NCBI GenBank assembly: GCA_040220235.1
Contig: JAVJTO010000096.1
Reading direction: 5' to 3' (one strand)
DNA from: Coleofasciculus sp. B1-GNL1-01
Lineage (GTDB): Bacteria > Cyanobacteriota > Cyanobacteriia > Cyanobacteriales > Coleofasciculaceae
DNA length: 64,000 nt
Shown: in pieces, positions 30,741 to 41,555 of the stretch
Position numbering within the stretch: the first letter of the stretch is position 1
Layout of the letters: each line of letters starts with the position of its first letter
Program-made: the position numbers and the translations under genes
Notes under the pieces: model-generated
Databases searched by the model: none
What the model was told of the DNA's origin: nothing
Seen by the model: the letters and a program-made list of their open reading frames with translations, nothing else

Positions 30741-31472
30741 TCAGTACGCCCCATTATTTTTTGGGGAAATCATTACGCCGATTGTTTTCAACACCAGCCA
30801 TAAGTCAAGCCAAAAATTTTGGAAATTCACGTAATAAACATCGATTTGTACTCGACGGTTATAGGGAATGTCATTGCGCCCTGAAACTTGCCATAGTCCA
30901 GTAATGCCTGGTTTAATTGTCAAGATTTTATCCATGTAACGCCCGTACTTATGCATTTCTTCCGGGACTAAGGGGCGAGGACCGACCACACTCATATCTC
31001 CTTTCAAAACATTCCAAAATTGCGGAAACTCATCCAGGCTCGTATATCGCAAGAATTTACCAATCCAGGTCACTCTGGGGTCTTCCTTGAGCTTGAAATT
31101 TTCTTCAAACTCACAACGAATAGAGGTTGATTCGGTCATCATTTCTAGCAATAGTTCATCTGCATTTTCCACCATGGTTCTAAATTTAATACACCGAAAC
31201 GGCTGATAGTCTTTACCGATTCGCTCCTGAACATAAAAAATAGGACCCGGTGAACTGATAGCGATTAAGACCGCTAAGAGCAGGTAAATCGGGAAAAACA
31301 CCGTGAGAATCGATAGGGAAAATACGACATCAAACAGCCGCTTGGCAAAAATTCCGTCTAAGCGATATCGAGACAGACCTTTGGGTCTACTGCGTGGAGC
31401 GCGGGGCTGGATACCACGCTTCACGAACGCTCGCAACGTCTTGACGGAGATAAGTTGGCTTTGGGCAGTCAT
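30741..31472 (-). CDS. Priming sugar transferase (WcaJ/WbaP-type Bac_transf)
   Basis: KRLFD, KFRTM, DPRVT, SLDEFPQ, GDMSVVGPRP, PGITGLWQV. Confidence 0.92.
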   Translation of the reverse strand: MTAQSQLISVKTLRAFVKRGIQPRAPRSRPKGLSRYRLDGIFAKRLFDVVFSLSILTVFFPIYLLLAVLIAISSPGPIFYVQERIGKDYQPFRCIKFRTMVENADELLLEMMTESTSIRCEFEENFKLKEDPRVTWIGKFLRYTSLDEFPQFWNVLKGDMSVVGPRPLVPEEMHKYGRYMDKILTIKPGITGLWQVSGRNDIPYNRRVQIDVYYVNFQNFWLDLWLVLKTIGVMISPKNNGAY

Positions 31473-31563
31473 CTTACTCCTTCACTTCACACCACACGTC
31501 ACGATCATAAAGCCAGAAGCGGTTAGCTAAGGCAATAGCGACCAGGAAACTGGAATTTATGAC

Positions 31564-32700
31564 TCAACATCGTGACAGGTGGTCTCGATAGCAGCCGTCC
31601 AGAAACGTCAAGTAGCGATCGCTAAACACAGTTGGCGCAAATTGAGCCGCGTTTAATTGTATCTGTTCGGGACTAAAGGCAGTGGCTCGTGCTTCAAAGA
31701 CTTTCACCGCCTCCATCAAAGCCTGGGGACTTTGGTCTAGAAAAAACAGACCCGTACCCTTATCCGGATGTTTCCGGATATCCCGAACGGTTTCCAATGC
31801 CCCACCAGCACCATAGGCAATGACTGGTGTACCACAAGCTTGAGCTTCCACCAAAGCAATGCCAAAATCTTCACAGGCAGCATAGACAAAGGCTTTTGCC
31901 TGTGCCATATACTCCTCGACCACGCGATCGGGACAAAAACCCAGGACTTGCACGTTGGGTTTAGCCAGATGGCGCAGCGCCTGCAATTGCGATCCCTCGC
32001 CAATGACGACCAAAGGATATCCCAGTTGATTGAACGCCTCCACGATTAAAGTCACTTGCTTATAACTAACCAATCGAGAAACCGTCAAGTAAAAATCTGA
32101 CTTTTGAGCCTGGAAAGAAAACCGTTCCGTATGAACCGGAGGGTAAATCACCTGTGCCTCTCGCCTGTAGCAACGCCAAATCCGTTGTGCGGTATGGCGG
32201 GAGTTAGCAATAAAATAATCCACTCGATTGGCTGAGATCACATCCCATTGACGCAACCGATGCAGCAGATACCGCGTGATTGACCCAGGGAGTCCCCGCC
32301 CCATAGCACTGCTGTTGAGGTAATCAAAGGTCAAATCCCAAGCGTAGCGCATCGGTGTATGGCAGTAGCAGATGTGTAGCTGTTGTGGACGGGTGAGGAC
32401 ACCTTTGGCAACCGCATGGGAGGAGGAGAGAATTACATCGTAATCCCGCAAATCTAGCTGTTCAATGGCTAAGGGTAGCAGGGGTAAATACTTCTGTACC
32501 CCCTTCCTCGCCCCAGGAAAATGCTGTAGAAAAGTCGTGCCAATCCGACGCTCAAACAAATAACTGTGGGGATTGGTTGATTCAAAATCAATCAAAGCAT
32601 ACAAATCTGCCTCAACGGACTTGAGGATTTCTCGAACCACCCGTTCAGAACCCCCCGTTGCGTTGGGCGTTAGCCACTCATGCACCAAGGCATATTTCAA
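31564..32700 (-). CDS. GT4-family glycosyltransferase
   Basis: GGSERV, HTPMRYAWD, EDFGIALVEAQACG. Confidence 0.9.
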   Translation of the reverse strand: MKYALVHEWLTPNATGGSERVVREILKSVEADLYALIDFESTNPHSYLFERRIGTTFLQHFPGARKGVQKYLPLLPLAIEQLDLRDYDVILSSSHAVAKGVLTRPQQLHICYCHTPMRYAWDLTFDYLNSSAMGRGLPGSITRYLLHRLRQWDVISANRVDYFIANSRHTAQRIWRCYRREAQVIYPPVHTERFSFQAQKSDFYLTVSRLVSYKQVTLIVEAFNQLGYPLVVIGEGSQLQALRHLAKPNVQVLGFCPDRVVEEYMAQAKAFVYAACEDFGIALVEAQACGTPVIAYGAGGALETVRDIRKHPDKGTGLFFLDQSPQALMEAVKVFEARATAFSPEQIQLNAAQFAPTVFSDRYLTFLDGCYRDHLSRC

Positions 32701-32817
32701 GAATCGTTATCCCCCAATACAAGTCTGTTCAAATAAGCTGTAGTTTCATTTATTTTTCCCCAGCTTCCAGACGTAGCATGCTACGTCTCTACATGCTTCC
32801 CCATCTCCCCCCTATCA

Positions 32818-33282
32818 CTATTGACCGGAGCAGTAAGCATTAAGATTATCAACTAATTGCTTTTCTGGAGTCGTTGCTTGCTGTAAACTCATCTGTGCTG
32901 TTTCCGCCCCTTGGCGGTCTTTCTGCTCAAACGCCACCGCGAAATTCCGCATCGCTTGACTCGTATCGCGATACATGTTGACAAAACTGGCTTGATAGTC
33001 TTCCAACGTCTCGTCGGTTACGTCTATCGCGTTCATTTCTTCAGAAGCCTTATCCATGACAGCCGCCGCTTGTCGCATTGCCTCAGCTTGCGGATTGTCC
33101 TCTTGAACACCACTGGTCACGACTTTGGCGTCACTGACCGCCTGATTCGCCACTTGAATCATTTGATTACACTGGGCAACCTTGCTCTGACCACAGCTTA
33201 CTGCCAATAGGCTAATCACAGCCGTGACACTTAGCCGCAGGAAATTTCGCCGGGGACGATACATGAATGCTCTTAGGTTCAT
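32818..33282 (-). CDS. Putative helical lipoprotein
   Basis: Lipobox LAVSC; two further Cys bracketing a helical bundle. Confidence 0.7.
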   Translation of the reverse strand: MNLRAFMYRPRRNFLRLSVTAVISLLAVSCGQSKVAQCNQMIQVANQAVSDAKVVTSGVQEDNPQAEAMRQAAAVMDKASEEMNAIDVTDETLEDYQASFVNMYRDTSQAMRNFAVAFEQKDRQGAETAQMSLQQATTPEKQLVDNLNAYCSGQ

Positions 33283-33317
33283 TGAAGAATAAGCCGTCCA
33301 ACATTTTAACGCTACTC

Positions 33318-33800
33318 CTAGCTTACTGACTTCTGCTGGGCTTCGATGGCAGCCGCAAGGCGTTGGAGTGTTTCAGTGAGTTCTCCAAGTTCTGCGAGTG
33401 ACTCATTTTGGTTTTCGGCTAAGGTTTGCACCGCATCACTCAAGGCAAAGAGTTGGTAACCCTGTTGTTGAACTTGATGCCCTTGGTGTTGCACCTGCAC
33501 AGCCAACGCATCAACCCGCTTACCTAGACACTCAACCGTCTCGGTTGTGGCAAGCACCGCCTCACCAATTTGCCCAACAATGGATTCCAAACGGCTGAGT
33601 CGAGCTTCTAGGGCAAGAGTCCTTTTGTTGGTAGAGTTGAGGTTGTTTGTAGCCTTTCCAGTCTGGGTGTGTTTATTCACCGATAATTGTTTCACTGCTT
33701 CAAAAAACTTATGTGAACTCCCAGTTTCTAAGAAAATAGCAATTGTCCATACTTTACTAAGGAGGTGGGGACAATTAAAGTTAATGGTACGGATCGTCAT
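33318..33800 (-). CDS. Coiled-coil hypothetical protein (start may be GTG 33680)
   Basis: Heptad-rich LEARLSRLE...LQRLAAAIE. Confidence 0.6.
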   Translation of the reverse strand: MTIRTINFNCPHLLSKVWTIAIFLETGSSHKFFEAVKQLSVNKHTQTGKATNNLNSTNKRTLALEARLSRLESIVGQIGEAVLATTETVECLGKRVDALAVQVQHQGHQVQQQGYQLFALSDAVQTLAENQNESLAELGELTETLQRLAAAIEAQQKSVS

Positions 33801-33884
33801 TGGTCATTGGTCATTCGTCCTTTGTAAGGGTTTGAGGCTTGTTAACATAACTTCATAAGGTTGAGTTTATTTCCACCAACCTAC

Positions 33885-34889
33885 TTAATGATGACGCCGT
33901 TGATGCCATTGCCAAGCATCGCTGATAATTTTACTGAGTTCCGGGTATTTGGCAGACCAACCCAAAATTTTCCTCGCCTTGTCGCTACTACCCACCAAAA
34001 TTGGTGCATCACCAGGGCGGCGATCGCACTCAATGATTTTAATCTCTTTCTGGGTGACTTGCCTTGCTGTGTCAATCACCTGTCGCACCGAGAAACCATT
34101 GCCACTGCCTAAATTCAAGATTTCACTCTTGCCGCCACCTAACAAATACTCTAGCCCGAGGATATGGGCATCTGCCAAGTCGCTGACATGAATATAATCG
34201 CGCAAGCAGGTTCCGTCTGGGGTGGAGTAGTCGGTTCCCCAAATGGCAATCGAGTTCCGTTTGCCTAATGCGGTCCACAGGACTAAGGGAATCAGATGGG
34301 TTTCTGGGTAATGGTCTTCACCCAGTAGTCCTTCGGGATTCGCCCCAGCCGCGTTGAAGAAGCGAAATACAATTGAACGTAAATTGTATGCGCGATCAAA
34401 GTCCGCTAGCATCCGCTCCATCATCCACTTACTCGTCGCATAAGGATTAATCGGATTTTGCGGATGGTCTTCGGTCATGGGTACTTGCTGAGGCATCCCG
34501 TAGACGGCACAGGTGGAGGGAAACACTAAGGTTTTCACATTAGCGGCGACCATGGCTTCTAAGAGGGTCAGAGTGCCACTCACGTTATTGCGGTAGTATT
34601 TAGCCGGATAGGTAACCGACTCACCCACGGCAATATAGGCGGCAAAGTGGAGTACAGCCGCAATATTGTGGCTGGCGAAGAGTTGGTCTAACAGAGTGCG
34701 ATCGCCCACGTCCCCGATCACCAATTTCGCTTTCAGGATCTCTTCGACAAACTCTCGATGTCCACAGACCAGGTTATCCAGTACAACGACGTTGTAACCT
34801 GCCCGTTGCAGGGCTAATACTGTGTGAGAGCCGATGTATCCAGCTCCGCCAGTCACTAGAATTTCCGGTTGGACTTGCGACACGCTCAA
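33885..34889 (-). CDS. galE: UDP-glucose 4-epimerase
   Basis: TGGAGYIGSH, YATSK, FNAAGA, ETHLIP, RDYIHV. Confidence 0.93.
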   Translation of the reverse strand: MSVSQVQPEILVTGGAGYIGSHTVLALQRAGYNVVVLDNLVCGHREFVEEILKAKLVIGDVGDRTLLDQLFASHNIAAVLHFAAYIAVGESVTYPAKYYRNNVSGTLTLLEAMVAANVKTLVFPSTCAVYGMPQQVPMTEDHPQNPINPYATSKWMMERMLADFDRAYNLRSIVFRFFNAAGANPEGLLGEDHYPETHLIPLVLWTALGKRNSIAIWGTDYSTPDGTCLRDYIHVSDLADAHILGLEYLLGGGKSEILNLGSGNGFSVRQVIDTARQVTQKEIKIIECDRRPGDAPILVGSSDKARKILGWSAKYPELSKIISDAWQWHQRRHH

Positions 34890-35213
34890 ACCGTCCCTGT
34901 TTCGTTTTATAGACTAACTTTACAAATATTTTCGCTATTTGTCTTTGCTTGAATAGTAATTTGGCTCAAAACGGCTTCTCCCCCCTCTTCTCCATCGCCC
35001 CTATCCCCCCTCTCCCTCATTTCCCTCATGCTTGTGGACAATGACGAGTATAATGCCCGTGTTAGGGTTATTTGAACCATGCTCTCCCCAAGTGATACGT
35101 TACACAAAACTTGATCCCAATCCCCCCTAACTTGTTAATTGTTATTTTGAGGAGTCAGACTAACAAGTAACAATTCCTCGCTCACTATCCAAACATTACA
35201 CCGTCAAAACACA

Positions 35214-36191
35214 ATGTTTTTACTACTGACTCGAATCCTACTCTGGCTGCTGATTGCAGTTATTCTCTACAACCTGTTTAAGAAGGTAATCCCCAAGGAG
35301 TATTTTACCTTGCTTGGGGGTTTATTTCTGTTTGGCTTCATTGTTGTGGCGTTTTTCTCTCCCGGCAATGATGCAGTATCAACGATTTGGCAGGTTCTCT
35401 CGTTTTTCTTGAAACCTGTCGGTGCTTGCATCGTGCTGTTGGGTTTTGCCCTCCGCCAAGGGCTGGATAAGTCAAAGAACCAGGTTATGGCAGCCTTACT
35501 AATCTTACTCCTCGCCAGCACGCCCTTTTTCTCTAACCTGTTGGCGGCTAGCACGGAACAAACAGTGGTTACGCCTGAGTCGGCGGCGGCTCAAACCGCC
35601 TCAGCGATTGTGGTTCTTGGACAAGGAACCACCCAGCCCGATGAACCGCCTCGAACCCAAGTTCAACTCACCGATACGGGCGATCGCATTCTTTATGCCG
35701 CTCAACTGTATCGACAATCTGGCAATAACCCCTTAGTCGTGGTTAGTGCTGGTCCTCGACCTAACCTGGAAGGAAATCAAGACCAAATTGTCGAAGCCAA
35801 TGATATCCGCTCCTTACTGGTTCAGTTTGGGGTTCCCCAAACTCGGATTGTGCTTGAACCCACGGGTACCAATCTCCGCACCAGCGCCGAAGAAGTTGAA
35901 GATATATTACGCGATCGCGGCATAGCAGACAATCGCGTTTTTCTGGTTACTTCAGCCTATAACAGCCGTCGTGCTCAACAGGCGTTTAGAAGTGTAGGTC
36001 TTAACAATGTTGTTGCTAAACCGACCGGCTTCTTTACCATTCAACCGGGAACAACATCCACAATCACCCAATGGATTGAATCTTTTATCCCCTCTGTAGA
36101 AGCGCTGACTGTCACGACGCGAATTGTGGAAGAGTTTTACGCCTCGATTTACTATTATTTGCGAGGTTGGCAAGCTCCCGCCGTTGTTTAA
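35214..36191 (+). CDS. YdcF/DUF218-family membrane protein
   Basis: N-terminal TM helices; AIVVLG, DRILYAAQLY, LVTSAY..RRA. Confidence 0.85.
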   Translation: MFLLLTRILLWLLIAVILYNLFKKVIPKEYFTLLGGLFLFGFIVVAFFSPGNDAVSTIWQVLSFFLKPVGACIVLLGFALRQGLDKSKNQVMAALLILLLASTPFFSNLLAASTEQTVVTPESAAAQTASAIVVLGQGTTQPDEPPRTQVQLTDTGDRILYAAQLYRQSGNNPLVVVSAGPRPNLEGNQDQIVEANDIRSLLVQFGVPQTRIVLEPTGTNLRTSAEEVEDILRDRGIADNRVFLVTSAYNSRRAQQAFRSVGLNNVVAKPTGFFTIQPGTTSTITQWIESFIPSVEALTVTTRIVEEFYASIYYYLRGWQAPAVV

Positions 36192-36257
36192 CCATTTCGC
36201 GAATCTGAAAAATCTGCAAGGTGGGAACCTGTCACTTGGCTCAAGGGAACCTGGTTT

Positions 36258-36412
36258 GTAGGGGCGGGTTTTACCATTATTGTTACTTAGGGAGCTGCGT
36301 AAAAATAAAGTACCAGTGAGGAAAGCTGAATTCATGAACTCAGCCAAGCTTCCTTGGTACATTATTAAGTTGCAAGTCCCTTACCTTACCCAGATACAGC
36401 TAAACCCGCCCT
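36258..36412. mobile_element. REP-like element interrupted by a nested MITE (36289-36381)
   Basis: Outer GTAGGGGCGGGTTTT/AAACCCGCCCT; inner imperfect IR AGGGA..TGC...GTACCA / TGGTAC...GCAAGTCCCT. Confidence 0.65.
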
Positions 36413-36544
36413 ATCTTTCCTATGATTCAAGACTTTAATCGGATAAGCTGAAAACAGCCTATAACTTCAGGTCGATGACAAGTTCAGTCAGTGAGCAAGA
36501 AACTAGAGATTCACTGTTGAATCCCTAGCTATTTCTCATCGATT

Positions 36545-37033
36545 ATGGACAAGATAAAAGAACACAAAGACCTTTTAGAGGTTGCTGAACATTTTTTTGC
36601 CGATGGCAAATTAATGCAGGCGATTAGTTATGCTACAGCTTCTCTTGATTTGACGATAAGCGTTGCCAAAGGAACTGTTTTAGAACTAAAACACGATGAG
36701 TCTTCCAGCCTTGAAGCATTTGACGGAGTTGTTGTTCAGGATGAATTTGGCAAACAAAAAGTTAATTTTCAAGTTTCTCAAGAATTACAAAAAATGCAGG
36801 AAATTTTGTTATGCTATGCCCTAAAAATAGATTATGAAAAGTATTTTAGATATAGAACCTGGGTAGGTTATGCAGTTATCACTGGAGAAAACACGCCTGA
36901 TAAAAAAGTGAAACTTTCCTTGGAACTTAATAATATAGAACAAGATCAGGCGAGAACAGCTTTAGATTACTGCCAGCAGCTTGTTCAACAAATTGAAAGC
37001 AAAATTGAGCAGTTTAAAACAAGTTTTAGTTAA
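36545..37033 (+). CDS. Hypothetical helical protein
   Basis: 162-aa AT-rich ORF; no family recognised. Confidence 0.7.
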   Translation: MDKIKEHKDLLEVAEHFFADGKLMQAISYATASLDLTISVAKGTVLELKHDESSSLEAFDGVVVQDEFGKQKVNFQVSQELQKMQEILLCYALKIDYEKYFRYRTWVGYAVITGENTPDKKVKLSLELNNIEQDQARTALDYCQQLVQQIESKIEQFKTSFS

Positions 37034-37178
37034 AACAAAAAAGGGGAGTAGTTAACCCGGATTTAGTCTTAATAAAAGGCTAGGACAGATTGAATGGCTC
37101 TGGCGATAACGTACCAGTAATACCCCTTCTGTCTTCTGCCCTCTGGTCTCTGTCCTCTACCTTTTGCTATACCTTTAA

Positions 37179-38084
37179 CTAACTATGGGTACAAGCATAA
37201 TCTAACACTGGTTCTTGAAATCGGTCAGCTTTGAAATAGTTTTCATCCACGGATATCGTATCCGTTACTTGACCATTTTGCACATCGCCAATTTTAATTC
37301 GCGATAGTAACTCACGTTGGCAATTTCCCGAATATCTGACATATTTGCCACTGGCGTTCACATCGAAGTTAATCGCATTTCCATTACGACTAATGGTATT
37401 AATCCCGACTTCCCAAGGTTGGGGATTTACTCTACCTAATTCACCACCAGACTCGGCTGTAGTCCCAGGAACAGGTCTCCACACAACACCTTCAATAGAA
37501 TTCAAGCAGGCATTTTTACCACTCATATCTTTAAAGCAGTCGCCGTTTTTGTTGAGAATAACCACTTGGTCAACACTATTAAACTGTTTGAGTGTGTTGG
37601 TTACAGCTTTTTGAATTCCCGCATCTTCACCAAGTCCAGCCGTATAGACGGTGCGACAAAACTGAAGTTGGGCAATTCCATTGGAGATATCAACAGTAAA
37701 GTTTTCACCACAGGTAGATTCGCCTCGAAAGTCAAATAAATCAGCAAATCCTTGCTCTTTTTCGGCGGATGTCGGACCTTGGACGACTTGCTCAATCGCA
37801 AATTCAGCAACATCAACGCGGGATGTGGTGCGGGTTACAGGTTCAACGTACCCTATGGTTTGATTGTTGGCGGAAGGCTTGGGTAAAAAGACTTGAATTT
37901 GTCTGGGATCATCTGGATTTTGGCTAATTGTTTGGGGTTGAGGTTGTGAGGTGGCTTCAGAGTTCTCCGGAGTGGTTACAGAGGTGCTGTGCGCTTCCCA
38001 AGCCGATGCAGTCGTGAAAGATAGCGCCAAGACAGCACTCATCAACATTGATTGGTGTTTTAAATTTATTTTATTCCTACTCAT
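37179..38084 (-). CDS. GerMN-domain secreted protein
   Basis: Signal peptide; PVTR...AIEQVVQGPT..EK.QG...TLKQFNSVDQV. Confidence 0.8.
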   Translation of the reverse strand: MSRNKINLKHQSMLMSAVLALSFTTASAWEAHSTSVTTPENSEATSQPQPQTISQNPDDPRQIQVFLPKPSANNQTIGYVEPVTRTTSRVDVAEFAIEQVVQGPTSAEKEQGFADLFDFRGESTCGENFTVDISNGIAQLQFCRTVYTAGLGEDAGIQKAVTNTLKQFNSVDQVVILNKNGDCFKDMSGKNACLNSIEGVVWRPVPGTTAESGGELGRVNPQPWEVGINTISRNGNAINFDVNASGKYVRYSGNCQRELLSRIKIGDVQNGQVTDTISVDENYFKADRFQEPVLDYACTHS

Positions 38085-38257
38085 AAAATATCTAACATCA
38101 TAGTTTGCCTACTATTTTTATGATCACTATTAATTCAATACGCTTCATCTTGCTAAAGTCATAGCTGGTGTAAGGCTTTTGGGTGAAGCATTCGCGATGA
38201 AAATTTGGCAGTCAATCCGAAAACTATAGGGGCGAAGGCTTCGCCCCTACGTAAGGT

Positions 38258-41056
38258 TTAATTTTGGTCGCCTGCTGACTTTCTCAGATTGGGTGCAGAT
38301 TTTGGGGTTTGGTTCAGTTGCTGTAAGATGCTCTCCAGTTCTTGCTGATATTGACCATATTTTTGCCAATTCCCTTGACGCATGGCTTCCTGTGCTTTTT
38401 GATAGGTTTCCAAGGCGGATTGGGCAAGTTTGGACACTCCTTCTTTGGGTGGAGCAGAGGGTGGAGCCGAAGTAGGTTCTTGTACCTCGGGTTGGGTTCC
38501 ACCAAAGATAGTGGCTAATGCTTCCTCTAAGGTTTCTTCCATGACTACTTCTTTCGCATACGCCACAATCACCCGCTTCAATTCGGGCAGTTCCCCTTGT
38601 TCCGCCCGCAGATAAACAGGTTCGACGTAAAGTAAAGATTGGTCAATGGGAATCACTAATAAATCGCCACGAATCACCCGTGAACCTTCCTGACTCCATA
38701 AGGTTAATTGTTGGGAGATTTGCGGATTTTGGTCAATGCGAGCTTCAATTTGAGAAGGACCATAAACCAGTTCTTGTTTCGGGAATTCGTACAAAAGTAA
38801 TTTGCCGTAGTTTTCCCCATCAGAACGCGCTGCCATCCACGCAATCATGTTATCTTTATTGACGGGCGTAAAGGGCAGAATTAGAATAAATTCTTCACTC
38901 GATGCTTCGGGTAAGCGCATGATCACATAATAAGGCTGCATGATCTGCTCATTCCCTTCATAGATTTCCGTGGGAAAGCGCCACAAATCCTCCCGATTGT
39001 AAAAGACTTGGGGATTATTCATGTGGTAGGACAGATACATCTGCGCCTGAATAGTAAACAGATCCAAAGGATAGCGAAAATGCGCTTTTACATCAGTGGG
39101 AATCGCGTCGTTGGCTGTAAATAGGTTAGGGAATATTTTACGATAGGTTTGCAGTACAGGGTCATCTTCATCAACGACTAAAAACTGCATTGTGCCATTA
39201 AAGGCATCCACGACAACTTTAACCGAGTTACGAATATAATTAATATCCCCTTGAGACATTTGGGCGATATCCCCATCTTGGGATATGGCGTTCGCATTAT
39301 TACTCTGGGAAACAGGTTCAGAATAGGGATAGCGATCGCTTATCGTATAGGCATCAATAATCCACTGTAATCTGCCGTTAATTAGGGTAATGTAGGGGTC
39401 TTTATCAAACCGTAAAAAAGGTGCAACTTGGCTCACCCGTTCCTGAATCGGGCGATGGTAATGAATGCGGGAGGTGTTGGTAAAGTAATTCGAGATTAAA
39501 ATCTTCAGATCACCTAAATCATAAGCATAAGCTAATCGTTGCCACAGTGAAGGAATCGGTACACCCCCATTTCCTTCGTAATTCGTGAAGGCATTTTCAT
39601 CACCACGGGGATAGTCAAATTCTTGAGTTGTTGTCCCGGTAAAGATATAGGTATCGGTTTCTTCTCCGTAGTAAATGGCGGATTCATCTACTTGTAGATC
39701 GACTTGAGAAACTGGCGGGATATCTTTGATAAACAGTTCGGGTAAGCCATCCTCCGTCACTATATTAACCGGACTCATCACCAAACCATAGCCATGGGTA
39801 TATTTTAGCCGTTCGTTGACCCAAGTCTGAGCGCGATCGGGGACTTGGGAATACACTAATTCCCGTGGTGAAAGCATCACCTGTCGGTAATTATCGTCAA
39901 TGGTGTAGCGATCAACATCGACATCCTTAAATCGATAGTAAAGGCGAATTTCTTGCAGTTGACGATAGGTACTTAATAAGGGTCGATAATCCCACAAGCG
40001 AATGTTACGAATCGTGGATTGATTTTCTTGCAAGGCTTGGCGACTTAACTGTTCTTCCGCTGGATAGTCTTGGGTGGGGACTTCATCTAAATCATAAGCC
40101 TTGCGCGTATAGGCGATATTATGTTCAATGTAGGGCTTTTCTTTTTCTAATTCATTGGGTTCGACAATAAATCGTTGTTGAAACCAGGGAAAAAGACCAC
40201 TGAAGACGAGAAAAGCAATCAGATAAATCCCGATGCCATAGGTGGGTAAAGCAATATTATTTTGCCAAATGGCTAGGATAAACGATAAGCCTAGCAGAAG
40301 TGAGATAACGCTCATAATCCAAAACGCTAGACGTTGAGCATGAGCATCGGTGTACCCTGCACCATAGACGACACCATCAGCATTGTAGAGTAATTCGTAG
40401 CGTTCTAACCAAAAGCCGATCGCAATCACTAAGGCAATTCCCGCTAACAGTAAACTGAGATGGGTTTTCACATCTTTGGTTAGGAAATGTTGCCAGTAGC
40501 GATCTAACCGTATTTTGCCTTTCAATACATAAACGGTAACAGCTAGAACAAACCCCCAGCCAAAGAGAGTCAATACCCAATTTTTTAACCCTTCATAGAA
40601 TGGAAACTGAAATAGGTAAAATCCAATATCCTGTTGATAAATGGGGTCAGTCAGATTAAAATCGGTGGCATTCAAATACTTTAATATCGTCTCCCAAGCC
40701 GCAGCACTGCTGGTGGCGGCGGCTAAACTAATCAGGAAGATCCCCACTAAGACAGTGGAATTGGCGATACTATCGGTATAGGGAGCTAAATCACTACCGT
40801 CTAGGAAACGAAAGGCGCGATCGCGAGTTAGACGCTGCGCCATCCAGTAGTTAAACCACAAGAATAGTCCGTAAATAATAAACGTTCCCACCCAAGCAAT
40901 AATTTTCCAGGTGATCCGCGTCCAGAATACATCTGAAAAGTTAACGGAATTAAACCACCAGGCTTCAGTAAGAATGTGAACCAAGGTGTGAGAGAAAGGT
41001 AAGCCGAGGATGACGACTAAGAGAAAGCCTATGATAATTTTATTGGCTGATTTCAT
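38258..41056 (-). CDS. UPF0182-family membrane protein
   Basis: N-terminal TMs; GAGYTD, NIRLWD, YTHGYG, NYIRNSVK, LLYVEPVY. Confidence 0.95.
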   Translation of the reverse strand: MKSANKIIIGFLLVVILGLPFSHTLVHILTEAWWFNSVNFSDVFWTRITWKIIAWVGTFIIYGLFLWFNYWMAQRLTRDRAFRFLDGSDLAPYTDSIANSTVLVGIFLISLAAATSSAAAWETILKYLNATDFNLTDPIYQQDIGFYLFQFPFYEGLKNWVLTLFGWGFVLAVTVYVLKGKIRLDRYWQHFLTKDVKTHLSLLLAGIALVIAIGFWLERYELLYNADGVVYGAGYTDAHAQRLAFWIMSVISLLLGLSFILAIWQNNIALPTYGIGIYLIAFLVFSGLFPWFQQRFIVEPNELEKEKPYIEHNIAYTRKAYDLDEVPTQDYPAEEQLSRQALQENQSTIRNIRLWDYRPLLSTYRQLQEIRLYYRFKDVDVDRYTIDDNYRQVMLSPRELVYSQVPDRAQTWVNERLKYTHGYGLVMSPVNIVTEDGLPELFIKDIPPVSQVDLQVDESAIYYGEETDTYIFTGTTTQEFDYPRGDENAFTNYEGNGGVPIPSLWQRLAYAYDLGDLKILISNYFTNTSRIHYHRPIQERVSQVAPFLRFDKDPYITLINGRLQWIIDAYTISDRYPYSEPVSQSNNANAISQDGDIAQMSQGDINYIRNSVKVVVDAFNGTMQFLVVDEDDPVLQTYRKIFPNLFTANDAIPTDVKAHFRYPLDLFTIQAQMYLSYHMNNPQVFYNREDLWRFPTEIYEGNEQIMQPYYVIMRLPEASSEEFILILPFTPVNKDNMIAWMAARSDGENYGKLLLYEFPKQELVYGPSQIEARIDQNPQISQQLTLWSQEGSRVIRGDLLVIPIDQSLLYVEPVYLRAEQGELPELKRVIVAYAKEVVMEETLEEALATIFGGTQPEVQEPTSAPPSAPPKEGVSKLAQSALETYQKAQEAMRQGNWQKYGQYQQELESILQQLNQTPKSAPNLRKSAGDQN

Positions 41057-41555
41057 AATTTTTTAATTAACTCACCGGAATCCATAAGCCCTGATCCCAC
41101 CCTAACACGAATGTTATGGACTAACTCTAAGTTCGTAGTTGCGCTTCAGCGCTAAAAATCCTAGCATCGCCCACGACAAACCCATACGTCAGTGCTATTC
41201 TTCTGCAACATGGGGTTTCCAACTCAAAGTCAAGGTATCAGAACTTCCCATTATAGTGAAGAGACATAATTTTTTCCTCTAACAAACGGTATAAAAAATT
41301 ATTAGGGTGGTTCAGTTATCACATTTTTACACTGTGTCAGTTTTAGGAATGAAACCAAGTGACTAATCAAGTATCAATAAAAATTGTCAATTCTAGGGCA
41401 AATTGATATTTTTTATCAATAAGTTAAAAGGTTTAAGTTTAATTAAAATCAGCTAATAGTCATTGACCTACCTGCCATAATAGAGAGAGGATGTTAGTAA
41501 GAGTTCATTACAGTGATTACTGGATCGAGCTTGTTCTCATCCCTTGATGTGACCA

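Noticed and set aside
30741..31472. Calling the sugar transferase hepC
   Set aside because: Only the generic Bac_transf family is supported by the sequence
33797..33822. Heptamer runs (TCATTGG; also TGTTCCC near 22776 and GGCAATG near 51250)
   Set aside because: Ordinary cyanobacterial short tandem repeats
35952..36362. 136-aa ORF
   Set aside because: Made of nested repeats plus YdcF antisense sequence
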